From the NCBI GenBank assembly GCA_034659295.1, contig JAYEGX010000078.1:1175-65174 (forward strand): DNA of 64,000 bases. The letters run 5' to 3'. Position numbers and translations under genes: made by a program. Under the pieces are notes generated by a model, which had not been told where the DNA came from, made no database searches, and saw only the letters and a list, made by a program, of their open reading frames with translations. Positions 35,724 to 45,183 of this stretch are shown piece after piece. The stretch's first letter is position 1, and every line of letters begins with the position of its first letter. This DNA is from Candidatus Altiarchaeota archaeon. GTDB lineage: Archaea; Altiarchaeota; Altiarchaeia; IMC4; QMZM01.

Positions 35724-36518
35724 CTATTTTTTTATAAAGGTGCCTACGTGCTCACCCAGGAGGGCTTTTTCCACAAATCCATGCTCTAAACCTGAAACAA
35801 CCTGCACCTCAACGCCTTTGGAGGCAGCCTCCATCAAAGCCTCAATCTTGCCCTTCATGCCTCCTGTTACGTCAGTGGATCTTGAGCCCGCCAACCTGAG
35901 ACTGTCTAAATCCCGGGATGTGAGCTCGGGTATGAAATCAGCGTCTGGATCGGATTTAGGATCTGAGGAATAGATTCCCTTAACGTCAGCGGCCACCACA
36001 ACCCTTCTGGCCTTCAGCCTCAAGGCCAGGTAAGGTGCCAGATAGTCTCCGGACAATACACTCACCCCTCTCTTCTCGTCCAGCAGGAGATCACCATATC
36101 CTACGGGAACAACACCAAGGGATAGGAATCCCTCAATCAGCCTGACCTGGAAATCAAGTATTCTTCCATCACTCAATAAACCGCAGGCAGACGGCTGGAA
36201 TGCTATGGCATTAACGCCGGCGTTCACCAACGACTCTACCACGCGATAATTCAAGCCCTCCATGGACTTGCGGGTTTCCACCAGACCAGCCAGTTGTGTG
36301 CTGTCACTGAAACCAGTATCTAATCCGTATTTTTTCACAGGATTATGTCCGAAGGGTCCTGCCCCATGGACCGCCACCATACGATAATCTTTTTTCTTTA
36401 ATGCTCCGCTGATTTCAGAGGAAATCCTGCTCAGGTTGCCGGGGTCTATCTCAGCTCGCCCCTCTTTCTTTCTCGTAGCTACCGAGCCGCCAATCTTTAA
36501 CACAACCAGTTCATTCAT
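35724..36518 (-). CDS. ipk: isopentenyl phosphate kinase
   Basis: Amino-acid-kinase fold: VVLKIGGSVATRK, VHGAGPFGH, TDVTGGM. The ATG at 36518 lies 4 nt after the upstream stop. Confidence 0.85.
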   Translation of the reverse strand: MNELVVLKIGGSVATRKKEGRAEIDPGNLSRISSEISGALKKKDYRMVAVHGAGPFGHNPVKKYGLDTGFSDSTQLAGLVETRKSMEGLNYRVVESLVNAGVNAIAFQPSACGLLSDGRILDFQVRLIEGFLSLGVVPVGYGDLLLDEKRGVSVLSGDYLAPYLALRLKARRVVVAADVKGIYSSDPKSDPDADFIPELTSRDLDSLRLAGSRSTDVTGGMKGKIEALMEAASKGVEVQVVSGLEHGFVEKALLGEHVGTFIKK

Positions 36519-36906
36519 CCTTGTCCACAAAAACAACCCCGTCCCGTATTATTATTTTGTCACCGGAGTTTATTTTAGAGATGTCTATGCCATCCACGCA
36601 GGGTATTTCCGAAATTATTGCTCCGACCGCAACAATCGGCTCACATAACCTGTTTATTATAGCCCTTGGAGCGGTATTGTTTTTCTTCATCCGGTAAAGG
36701 GAATATGATCCCACAGTAGATCCCTTCCCCTCGGGGAAAACCAGAATCCTATCCTTTATGGATTCACCCTCAAGGGGATGGCCTTTCTCCACCACAACAC
36801 CCGTTTCCGGGTTAATGCATCCAAAAAAGGATATGGGTTCGCCAGACTTCAATGCGGTTCCCTGCGCGAAACCCTCCCTTATGACCCGGGCCTTATACTC
36901 TATCAA
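36511..36906 (-). CDS. aconitase-X small (swivel, DUF126) subunit; candidate phosphomevalonate dehydratase small subunit
   Basis: GEPISFFGCINPETG, ILVFPEGKGSTVGS. The TTG at 36906 lies 6 nt after GGAGGTG and overlaps the large-subunit stop (TTGA). The track start at 36978 would overlap 76 nt. Confidence 0.75.
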   Translation of the reverse strand: MIEYKARVIREGFAQGTALKSGEPISFFGCINPETGVVVEKGHPLEGESIKDRILVFPEGKGSTVGSYSLYRMKKNNTAPRAIINRLCEPIVAVGAIISEIPCVDGIDISKINSGDKIIIRDGVVFVDKDE

Positions 36907-38105
36907 GACTCCCACCTCCCGGTTAATGCTGAGTTGATACACTTCCTGAGAGAGCCAAACCGTACCCTTAGACCGCAATGAGCTGGTGCATAAAAAGCCA
37001 TCTTCCCCGAGTTGGTGGCCATTGAGCTGAAACCAAGGTCTTCTACGGGGGCGACGACCATGCAGGTGTCTGAGACCACAACAGCACCAGAATCCTGTAT
37101 CCTATCCAGGAGACCGCTATCCTTGGCCTTCTGCTTAACGTATCTGGAGGTCGTAATCCATAAGGTGGTCTTGACTCTCTCACCATTAAGCATGGATGCT
37201 ATCTCTTCCAGCTCCTTAATTGAGGCATGAGGGCAGCCTATAGAGACTAAATCAATCACACTGGTTTCTGAATTCAATCCAGCGTATCCCTTAGCAAGAT
37301 CATTTATTTCCAAAACGGGGGCGTCTTTTTTTATCAGCTCGGGGTTTGCCTCAGGGGTTACGTTCTCAACATGGTACATTGCCACAGAACCGGAGGCTGC
37401 CATAGCCGCACCCAGGGACTTAAGCTGGTCTTTTGAGGGATTGGATAAACCCCTGAAGTAGGGTATCCCGCCTCCAACCCTCTTCCCCACCATATACCCC
37501 AGAGCGCTGTAGTCTGATTCAGATTTGAAAGAAAAGCTGACATCAACTACATAATCAGCTCTCCTGTTGGCGTCAAGGTGGAAGCCGTATTCAGGGGTTA
37601 AACCCGTTAAAGCCGATGAAAGGGCTGAGATGCCGGATTCCCTGTTGGTCCGGGCCCCCAGAACGGAGTTGGCATAGGATACGGCAGATGACTCGCTCCA
37701 GGCGATATGCTCTCCCAGACTTGGTTTATTCCCTGCCAGGTAGGGTGTGCAGGTGCATGTGATATCTAAATCCATACTCCTGTAGACATCAATAAGCCTT
37801 AACTGTTTAACAGCGAATTCCTTGGGGAAACCCAGCTCTCTCCAGTTTTTGAGGTCCATTCCCGCTGGATTAAGAAAGGCCTTAACCCGGGCCTTAACCC
37901 CTGTTTCAGCCCAGCCCTCAAGGAACTCCAGGCCGGCATCCCCCAGGTTCTTGAAGCTAACCCCTGAAACCTGAACGCTTTCCACCGGGATAAGCTTCTC
38001 TGCGTTGTATATCTCCCCCAGGGCGGATAGTATCTCCATAGCCCTCTGAATGCCTTTACCTTCACTACCCTGGAGCATGTCCTTCTCTTTTTTCGTGAGA
38101 TGCAT
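36903..38105 (-). CDS. aconitase-X large (catalytic, DUF521) subunit; candidate phosphomevalonate dehydratase large subunit
   Basis: MHLTKKEKDMLQGSEG, CTCTPY, WSESSAVSYANSVLGARTNRE, GCPHAS. Confidence 0.8.
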   Translation of the reverse strand: MHLTKKEKDMLQGSEGKGIQRAMEILSALGEIYNAEKLIPVESVQVSGVSFKNLGDAGLEFLEGWAETGVKARVKAFLNPAGMDLKNWRELGFPKEFAVKQLRLIDVYRSMDLDITCTCTPYLAGNKPSLGEHIAWSESSAVSYANSVLGARTNRESGISALSSALTGLTPEYGFHLDANRRADYVVDVSFSFKSESDYSALGYMVGKRVGGGIPYFRGLSNPSKDQLKSLGAAMAASGSVAMYHVENVTPEANPELIKKDAPVLEINDLAKGYAGLNSETSVIDLVSIGCPHASIKELEEIASMLNGERVKTTLWITTSRYVKQKAKDSGLLDRIQDSGAVVVSDTCMVVAPVEDLGFSSMATNSGKMAFYAPAHCGLRVRFGSLRKCINSALTGRWES

Positions 38106-39352
38106 TATTCGCCAACCCTTACCTCCTGAAAACCCTTCCTGTCCCGGCCGAAGGGGATGGTTGCATCTAATCCAATCTTGGAGGTCATACGGTCCTCTCC
38201 GGCTGAGGGGTCAAGGGAGCTGCCCTTTCCTATCCTTGTGTATGTGTCTGTTTCACCCTGGAATCTTGTGGCAAGAGACCATTCCACCGCTCTGGTGTCG
38301 TGTACGTCTATATCGGAGTCTACAATAACCAGATGCTTCATGCTCTTATGGGCATTAAACGCCGCATCAATCGCCTTCCTCCCATCATCAGGATTTTTTT
38401 TGTCTATTGAAACCACTCCATGAAGCCATCCACACCCTCCGGTAGTCAAAGAAACATCCATGCACCCGCAAACCCTGGAAACGTGGTTGTAGATTAGGGG
38501 CTCCCGGGGCATACCCATCAAAAGCTGGTGTTCTTCAAGTGAGGGGAGTATGGCATGGTATATCGGGTTCCTTCTATGGGTTATCTTTGTTATTTCAATA
38601 ACCGGCTCCTCCCTGACGTAATCCAGTGTCCTGGTAACGTCAAGGAAAGGGCCCTCCACATGTTTTTCGTCTGTTATCTTCCCCTCCAACACCATCTCTG
38701 AGCTGGCTGGGACAAGAAGATCGTTTGTTTTGCATTTCACCACACTGAACTCGGTTAGGGTGTTGGCTATATCCATCTCGCTGACTCCGAGGGCAGGTGA
38801 TATGGCAGCAGACAGTAGTATAGCCGGGTGCAGGCCTATGCATATGGCAACATCAAGCCCGCCGTCAGCCTTCTGCATGAACTCATACAGGTTCCTCTGG
38901 CATATACGGGCTACCAGCTTATCTTTTGCTATTGGGGTTGCCCTATGAAAGCTCATGTTTAATCCATACTCAGGGTCTGATGCAATAAAAACCCCGGAGG
39001 TTAGGTAGGGTCCCATATCATTGCTGGTGTATGTTGGTATGGGCATCTTTGATAAATCCACTTCATCTTCTATGACCTGCTGGCACGATCCCCTGCTTGT
39101 TTCTTCGGGAGTGGATGGTTTTTCTATAGCATGATTTATTTTTGTAAGGAGTTCCTTCTCCTTAACATCCAAGGCTGTTAAGAAGTTCTCCCTCCTGTTG
39201 CAGAGGTTTCCAACAAGGCTGATGGTGGAGTCTCTGACATTCTTAAAGTGAACTGCTCCCCCCCCATCTCTCAGAATCCGCGGGATCTCAAGATAGGGGT
39301 TTACTTCCCTGCCGACCTCGGACACCTCGATTTTTCCCATATAATCTCTCAT
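38105..39352 (-). CDS. UbiD-family decarboxylase; candidate trans-anhydromevalonate-5-phosphate decarboxylase
   Basis: 415 aa, small UbiD-type; GPYLTSGVFI, EGPFLD and IVDSDIDVHD blocks. Flanked by ubiX and the AcnX genes. Confidence 0.75.
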   Translation of the reverse strand: MRDYMGKIEVSEVGREVNPYLEIPRILRDGGGAVHFKNVRDSTISLVGNLCNRRENFLTALDVKEKELLTKINHAIEKPSTPEETSRGSCQQVIEDEVDLSKMPIPTYTSNDMGPYLTSGVFIASDPEYGLNMSFHRATPIAKDKLVARICQRNLYEFMQKADGGLDVAICIGLHPAILLSAAISPALGVSEMDIANTLTEFSVVKCKTNDLLVPASSEMVLEGKITDEKHVEGPFLDVTRTLDYVREEPVIEITKITHRRNPIYHAILPSLEEHQLLMGMPREPLIYNHVSRVCGCMDVSLTTGGCGWLHGVVSIDKKNPDDGRKAIDAAFNAHKSMKHLVIVDSDIDVHDTRAVEWSLATRFQGETDTYTRIGKGSSLDPSAGEDRMTSKIGLDATIPFGRDRKGFQEVRVGE

Positions 39353-39906
39353 CTTTTACCACCCCACCTCCTGTAGAGTTTGTTTTCTACCCCCAGGGCA
39401 TCCAGTAGCTTACCAACGAAGAAGCTTGTGGCATCATCAATGGATTCTGGTTTAGGGTAGTAGGCCATGTTGGGTGGGACAATCAACACATTCTGTAACC
39501 TCAGCTTCCTCATGTTTTCTATTGCATTCAGTGAAAGAGGCGTGTCCCTGGGCGCGACCACAAGCTTCTTGTTGAGTTTAAGCATGTTCTCAGCAGCCCT
39601 GGATATGAGGTTGTCCGAGAATCCGTTGGCTATTGAGGAGAGTGTTTTCATGGAGCAGGGAGCGATAATCATGGAATCAACGTTGAAGGATGAGCTGGCT
39701 ATCTCAGCGTCAAGCTCATTTTCCTGGTATAGTTTACAGCTCAGTGACTCCACCCTTTCCAGGTTGAAGGATTCATGTTCTCTAATCTTCAGGGCGCCAT
39801 CCGAGACTATAACGTACACTTTCGCTTTGATTCCGGCTAGCTCCTCCACCACCCGCTCCCCTAAAATTAATCCAGAGGCCCCGGTGATTGCTACCACCAC
39901 CCTCAT
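39349..39906 (-). CDS. ubiX: UbiX-type flavin prenyltransferase (prFMN synthase)
   Basis: VVAITGASG, IAPCSMKTLSSIANG, VAPRDTPL; 185 aa. Confidence 0.85.
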   Translation of the reverse strand: MRVVVAITGASGLILGERVVEELAGIKAKVYVIVSDGALKIREHESFNLERVESLSCKLYQENELDAEIASSSFNVDSMIIAPCSMKTLSSIANGFSDNLISRAAENMLKLNKKLVVAPRDTPLSLNAIENMRKLRLQNVLIVPPNMAYYPKPESIDDATSFFVGKLLDALGVENKLYRRWGGKR

Positions 39907-39953
39907 ATATATTTATATGCATTCCACCCATTTATCTAATATTGTTTGGTAAA

Positions 39954-41375
39954 ATGGAAACCTTTAAAATTAAGAAGATAGAACTCAACGAGAAAGAAAA
40001 GAGAACTATTATGGCCATGGAAAATAAGTTCCTTATGACCAATATGAGCGAGTTAGCTAAGATGGGAAGGAAGGAAAGGTACCAGATGGCTAAGGAATTC
40101 ATTGAGGAAGAGATTGAGAAAAAAGACATCAGCGAGAGCGATATCAACTTAAAGAAGTCCATAGAGTACCTCTCAGGGTATGGTGTAATGGACCCTATTC
40201 TGGATAGAGACGATATAGAAGAGGTTTTGATAAACGGCCATAAGTCTCCGGTAATGATAGTCCACAGGCAATTCGGTAAATGCTACACCAACGTAGAATT
40301 CACAAGCAAGGAAGACCTGATGGCATTAATCAACAAGATAATAATATTCTGTGGAGCGAAGAAGGGTAGTGCCATAATCGATGAAATACTCCCGGAGGGG
40401 CCCAGAATCAATCTGACTCTGCCGCCTGTATCATTCAACAAACCACTGCTTACAATAAGGAAATACCTGAGAGAACTGCCTACCGTGGTGGACTTGATAC
40501 GCAACGGCACACTGCCAATAGACATGACCGCCCTTCTCTGGATTTGCGTGGACGGCTTCAATCTGGCACCGAGGAACATGCTGATTACCGGAGGAACAAG
40601 CTCCGGTAAAACAACACTGCTTAACTCGCTGCTCCCATTCTCAAGGGAGAGGGAGAGGATTGTTTCCATAGAGGATACCCTGGAGATAGACCTCCACTAC
40701 TGCAAGGACTGGTGTCGTACCGCCACCACAGAATTCGCTGACATGGAGAAGCTTGTAGAAAACAGCCTCCGACTGAGACCTGACAGAGTTATTGTGGGGG
40801 AGGTTAGGGGCAGTGAAGCCTTCAACCTGATTAATGCCATGAACCTTGGACATACCGGCATGGGCACCATACACGCAGACAACGCAAGAGACGCTCTGCT
40901 GAAGCTAAGCGCTCCACCTATGAATGTGAACCCCGAGATGCTGGTTATACTGGATTTGATTGTTGTTGTCAATAGGGTCCACGAGAAAAGCAGTGATGTG
41001 AGGAAGATGACTCACATAGCTGAGGTGGGAGACATCGTTGAAGGGAGACTCCAGCTGGGCTCTGTTTGTGAATACAACCCTAAACTCAAGAAGACTGAAT
41101 TCCACCGATTTCCAGCTGTAACAATAACCAAGATTTCAGAGGCTGTGGGCTTGGAACCCAAGGAGATAATAAACGAGATAAGGAAGAGGGAGGGCATCCT
41201 TGAGTATATGCTATTAAGTGACATAAGCACAGAGGATGAGGTTTTGAATATGATAAGGACATACTATAAGAAACCTGATAAGACATGGAATAAGGTCCTC
41301 TCTGGTCTTAAGAGAATGAGCAAGAAACATAAGATGATAAAAGAATACGCTACAGCCAATAAAAAGGAAGAGTAG
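39954..41375 (+). CDS. type II/IV secretion-system ATPase, archaeal FlaI/ArlI/PilB-like
   Basis: Walker A GGTSSGKTT, Asp box IVSIEDTLE, Walker B/His box RPDRVIVGEVRGSEA...GHTGMGTIHA. The ATG at 39954 is preferred over the hydrophobic 22-aa extension in the track. Confidence 0.8.
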   Translation: METFKIKKIELNEKEKRTIMAMENKFLMTNMSELAKMGRKERYQMAKEFIEEEIEKKDISESDINLKKSIEYLSGYGVMDPILDRDDIEEVLINGHKSPVMIVHRQFGKCYTNVEFTSKEDLMALINKIIIFCGAKKGSAIIDEILPEGPRINLTLPPVSFNKPLLTIRKYLRELPTVVDLIRNGTLPIDMTALLWICVDGFNLAPRNMLITGGTSSGKTTLLNSLLPFSRERERIVSIEDTLEIDLHYCKDWCRTATTEFADMEKLVENSLRLRPDRVIVGEVRGSEAFNLINAMNLGHTGMGTIHADNARDALLKLSAPPMNVNPEMLVILDLIVVVNRVHEKSSDVRKMTHIAEVGDIVEGRLQLGSVCEYNPKLKKTEFHRFPAVTITKISEAVGLEPKEIINEIRKREGILEYMLLSDISTEDEVLNMIRTYYKKPDKTWNKVLSGLKRMSKKHKMIKEYATANKKEE

Positions 41376-41378
41376 GTT

Positions 41379-42464
41379 ATGGAGATCAGAGAAATAACTG
41401 AGGGAGAAACACGACTTCTGATACCATCCAAGAGGGAAATAACCAAAAAGGACGTTGTCTTCTACAACCCGCATATGGAATTAAACAGGGACCTGTCCGT
41501 CTCCATAGTAAGGGTTCTTAAACCTGGAAGGTTCTGTGACCTGCTTTCTGGAACAGGTGCGAGGGGTTTAAGGGTTTGCAAAGAGGGTGGGGTAAAGCAT
41601 GTGTTGCTGAATGATGCGAACCCTAATGCTGTTGAGTTGATTAAAAGGAATGCTAGGATAAATAATCTGGATGTGGAAATAGCTAATAGGGACGCCAGCT
41701 CTCTTCTCTCTGAGAATAGATTTGATTTCATAGACGTTGACCCATTCGGCCCTCCCGTAGCTTTTCTTGATTCGGCTGTCAAGGCCTTGGAAAATAATGG
41801 GGTGCTGGCTGTTACAGCCACAGATACCTCGGCATTGTGTGGCACCTACCCAAGGGCCTGCCGCAGGAAGTATGATTCTCTTTCCCTTAGAACAGACTAC
41901 TATAATGAGGTCGGGCTGCGGACCCTGCTTGGTTATGTGATAAGACTGGGTTTGAGGTATAATGTCGCCTTCAGGCCGTTGTTTTCTCACTGCACCAGGC
42001 ACTACTTACGGGCTTATTTCAGGGGGAAAAGAAGCAGACGGGCTTGTAATGAAGCCCTTAAGCATCTTGTTTACCTGCAACATTGTTTCAGCTGCCTTAA
42101 CAGGAGATATTCCTCTCTGGATGGTTTGATAGAAAAGTGTGAATGCGGTCATGTGTTCTCTAATGCCGGGCCATTATGGTCTGCTGTTTTCGCGGACAAG
42201 GAGTTTTGTTCAAAGGTTGTGGGGGAGCTGGAATTCAGCGAGAAAGGGCTTGGGCTTGTTGGTTTAGTTAGGGGGGAGCAGGAGGTCACCAATCCCTACT
42301 ATAACATTCACAGGGTCTTCCACAAGGGGGGGCTGTCTACCAGGTCTACAAGTGAACTGATAGATTCTCTTTTGGGTATTGGTTTCCGGGCTGTTAGAAC
42401 TCATTTTTCTGGCTTGGGTTTGAGGACTGATGCCCCTGTAAAAGAGATATATAATATTCTATGA
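41379..42464 (+). CDS. trm1: tRNA (guanine26-N2)-dimethyltransferase Trm1
   Basis: VFYNPHMELNRDLS, IDVDPFG, C-terminal Cys cluster (CFSC...CECGH). Confidence 0.85.
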   Translation: MEIREITEGETRLLIPSKREITKKDVVFYNPHMELNRDLSVSIVRVLKPGRFCDLLSGTGARGLRVCKEGGVKHVLLNDANPNAVELIKRNARINNLDVEIANRDASSLLSENRFDFIDVDPFGPPVAFLDSAVKALENNGVLAVTATDTSALCGTYPRACRRKYDSLSLRTDYYNEVGLRTLLGYVIRLGLRYNVAFRPLFSHCTRHYLRAYFRGKRSRRACNEALKHLVYLQHCFSCLNRRYSSLDGLIEKCECGHVFSNAGPLWSAVFADKEFCSKVVGELEFSEKGLGLVGLVRGEQEVTNPYYNIHRVFHKGGLSTRSTSELIDSLLGIGFRAVRTHFSGLGLRTDAPVKEIYNIL

Positions 42465-42549
42465 TTGTTATTTCACATAAGATGAAATAATAGATAGTTA
42501 TAGTTTAATAAAATATTAGATAAATATACTATTGCATATTAAATGAAAT

Positions 42550-42912
42550 ATGGATTCTGATATTGAAGCAATGCTCGGGGACACAGCACCCGTAAACATA
42601 AACCAGCTTCTTGAAACCATCTTCTGGAAGAAAAAAGAGCTTGTTCCTGAGGCAAAGAAACTCCTGGACCACATAAAGGAATGGAGCCGCACAGGAAACC
42701 CGTACACAGTAGACGAGTGGAGAAAATACTGTGCAAAAAACAGCATAAGCCAGAGCAGCTACCACAACATGCTCAAGAGACTGAGGAAGGCTGGTATGAT
42801 AAGAAAGAGCTACAACAGCTACCGAAAGAAACACGAACTATATTTAGAGGGAAGGTTCTCTGAATTAATGCGGGAGAAAGCAGGTTTATGGGAGGGATAC
42901 ATTAGGATGTGA
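42550..42912 (+). CDS. hypothetical protein, possible winged-helix DNA-binding protein
   Basis: 120 aa; SQSSYHNMLKRLRKAGMI resembles a recognition helix. Preceded by an 85-nt very AT-rich spacer. Confidence 0.35.
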   Translation: MDSDIEAMLGDTAPVNINQLLETIFWKKKELVPEAKKLLDHIKEWSRTGNPYTVDEWRKYCAKNSISQSSYHNMLKRLRKAGMIRKSYNSYRKKHELYLEGRFSELMREKAGLWEGYIRM

Positions 42913-43650
42913 TTAGATGGGTATTATCTTGTTTAAGGCGATTTTCAACCACCCCAGGTAGGGTATCCTGATCCAGCCCCTTGCCACCAGCTGTTTATCG
43001 GTTACCGGTAATGCTATACCACCGTTTGCACCGCACTGGTCGGGGTAGGGGTTATTGTCGCCCTTGGTTAGATAGAACTCAAAATCACCGGATGGGGGGT
43101 AATCCCTGTAGAGACATCTCTTCCCTGAGACACAATCCCTGACGTAGGGGATGTAGGTGTCGTTAAAGTCTTTAGGAGATAAGCAGGAGAGGGTGCCATC
43201 CATTTCCTCAATTTTCCAGTCTCTTACCCGCACTATGCCAACGACCCGATGTATTATGGGCTCGTTACCTGAATGTATTTTATCCCGGTTATAGATTATC
43301 ACATCACCGAGTGATGTGTCCGGGAATAGGGGTAGGATAGTTCCCTCTCCGTCGGGTGTTACGGTAACGATCATATCACCCTTGGAGAAACCGTTCCAGA
43401 ACGGGAAACCATCAATTGTGATGTTCTGGTTTATGAGCCAGCTATCCCATACCCCGTGGGATTGACAGTCCACCCCATTCCATAGGCTTCCGCCGTGGTA
43501 CATGCTGCAGGATGTTACCGCGACCAGGGGCAGTATCAGCTTCGAGCCCAGCAGAATCTTTGAAAAAATGATTATCAAGGCCAGGACAGCTATCACCTCA
43601 GCCAGATCCTTCACCCAGCCCTTAAGCTCCTCAATTAGTTCCTCATCCAT
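42913..43650 (-). CDS. signal peptidase I, archaeal/ER type (S26B), with an enlarged insert
   Basis: N-terminal TM, catalytic-Ser box VTSCSMYHG, IHRVVG and TKGDNNPYPD (archaeal GDNN box). Confidence 0.65.
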   Translation of the reverse strand: MDEELIEELKGWVKDLAEVIAVLALIIIFSKILLGSKLILPLVAVTSCSMYHGGSLWNGVDCQSHGVWDSWLINQNITIDGFPFWNGFSKGDMIVTVTPDGEGTILPLFPDTSLGDVIIYNRDKIHSGNEPIIHRVVGIVRVRDWKIEEMDGTLSCLSPKDFNDTYIPYVRDCVSGKRCLYRDYPPSGDFEFYLTKGDNNPYPDQCGANGGIALPVTDKQLVARGWIRIPYLGWLKIALNKIIPI

Positions 43651-43843
43651 GTTATTCTATATTATCGGAGTTAATATACAAAAATAATATCATTTATGGA
43701 TAAACGCTTATGATTCGATTCCTTCATTTAAATTGTTTTTAGATTAAAATCGAGTAGTGAATCCCTCCTGTGTTTTTTGTGGGGTTGTGCGGGAGTCTTT
43801 GTCCACCGACAACTTTTTAAGTCGTCAGGTTTTATTCTATAAT

Positions 43844-45115
43844 ATGGAAAGCCAGTTTTTTTTTATACTCATCATCCCCCTGTTTTTAATAAGCGGCTGT
43901 CTTGAAGGGGGGTGTGAAACTTCAACTGATTGTGCGACCAAAACCTGTTTCACTGCAGAGTGCAGAGATAAAAACTGTTTTTATTCCTTGGTTCCTAACT
44001 GTTGTGGGAATGATAAATGTGAACCAGGTGAAACCTATGAGAATTGTTCCGGTGATTGTCCCAACTGCGATGATGGGGATAAATGCACGGAGGACGGCTA
44101 TGACTACCATGAGCAGAAATGTATCAGCACCCCGGTTCTTGATTTAGTCTGCTGTGGCAATGGTCTCTGCCAGATGGGAGAAACCTATTTAAATTGCGCC
44201 AGGGATTGCCCTAACTGCAATGACGACAATGAATGCACGGTAGACGGCTACGACTATCACGAACGGAGATGTATCAACGAACCCATGATACCTTGCTGTG
44301 GCGATTCCTTTTGCGAGGAGGGTGGTGAAACGTACACGGATTGTCCTACGGACTGTCCCAGCTGCGATGACGGTTATGCTCTCACCACGGACAGCTTTAA
44401 CTATTCAACCCAGGAGTGCAGTCATTCTCCCTCGCTTGTGCTAGCGGAAGGTTACAGATACGCCTATGTAGCTGCACGATGCCCGCAATGCGCGGAGCAT
44501 GATTCCTTTATTTATGTGACAAACGAAACCACTGAATATTGGGAGGGCATTGCAGGGAGTAAGGTAGATCACAACCAAAAAGCTTACCTGATGCGCTGGA
44601 GGCTTGAAAAAGACAACCTTGATGTGTCAATAACCCTGCCCCTCACTGAGGATAAATTATCAGGGGAAGGCGATTACATCAGCGACGTCAAGCAGATTCA
44701 AAACCTCGGCGAAGCCGGCGATTCCCTGCTTCCTCTTTACATAACCCTGCTCAAGGAGATGTTAGACCTCGACATCAGGAAACTGGTCACTGAGCATAGA
44801 ACTAGCATTGTTTTGGATTCAAATCAGACCATAGTCTTTAGCACATCATATCCTGTTCTCTATGGTGTCTACCCTGCCTACAGAATCAACGTGGAGATGT
44901 ACAGTAACGATGAGCTGATGGAGGCGGGAGAGATTGTCATGTCTGCAGTTGAGCCGTATCTAATAATGGAGTTCAACGTAGGGGAAGGCCCCAAAACATC
45001 TTTTAAGAGGGGTGAGAAGAAAGAATTTTCTCTCGGTGACTTTGAGGGTTATTCCCTATCCGTGTGGGAGCCTCCTCCACCATCCCCTGATGAACCTAAA
45101 AAGAAGAAAGAATAA
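43844..45115 (+). CDS. secreted lipobox protein with three tandem Cys-rich modules and a C-terminal domain of unknown function
   Basis: MESQFFFILIIPLFLISGC lipobox. Three copies of CCG-x-x-x-C-x-x-GE-T-Y-x-N/D-C-x-x-DCP-x-C-D/N-D...YDYHE-x-x-C. Tail is PPPPSPDEPKKKKE. Confidence 0.6.
   Translation: MESQFFFILIIPLFLISGCLEGGCETSTDCATKTCFTAECRDKNCFYSLVPNCCGNDKCEPGETYENCSGDCPNCDDGDKCTEDGYDYHEQKCISTPVLDLVCCGNGLCQMGETYLNCARDCPNCNDDNECTVDGYDYHERRCINEPMIPCCGDSFCEEGGETYTDCPTDCPSCDDGYALTTDSFNYSTQECSHSPSLVLAEGYRYAYVAARCPQCAEHDSFIYVTNETTEYWEGIAGSKVDHNQKAYLMRWRLEKDNLDVSITLPLTEDKLSGEGDYISDVKQIQNLGEAGDSLLPLYITLLKEMLDLDIRKLVTEHRTSIVLDSNQTIVFSTSYPVLYGVYPAYRINVEMYSNDELMEAGEIVMSAVEPYLIMEFNVGEGPKTSFKRGEKKEFSLGDFEGYSLSVWEPPPPSPDEPKKKKE
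44000..44432 (+). repeat. three tandem, diverged coding repeats of about 135-150 bp (units start at 44000, 44150, 44294)
   Basis: Each unit starts TG(T/C)TGTGG and carries conserved gaaac(c/g)ta, gattg(t/c)cc and gacggcta(t/c)gacta(c/t)ca blocks. Confidence 0.7.
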
Positions 45116-45156
45116 TTTTCTATGAAATCTTTTCCTGCCATAAAGCAGTTCTTGGA

Positions 45157-45183
45157 CAAGAAATTTAGGAAGTAAATTTCTTG
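45157..45183. repeat. perfect 10-bp inverted repeat (caagaaattt / aaatttcttg) with 7-nt loop
   Basis: Read directly. Lies about 40 nt downstream of the Cys-rich protein stop in a 300-nt AT-rich spacer. Possible 3'-end hairpin or protein-binding site. Confidence 0.5.

Noticed and set aside
36907-36978. Long 5' extension of the AcnX small-subunit ORF (76-nt overlap with the large subunit)
   Set aside because: The extension (MRSKGTVWLSQEVYQLSINREVGV) lacks family similarity. A TTG with a well-spaced GGAGGTG at the large-subunit stop is the more plausible start.
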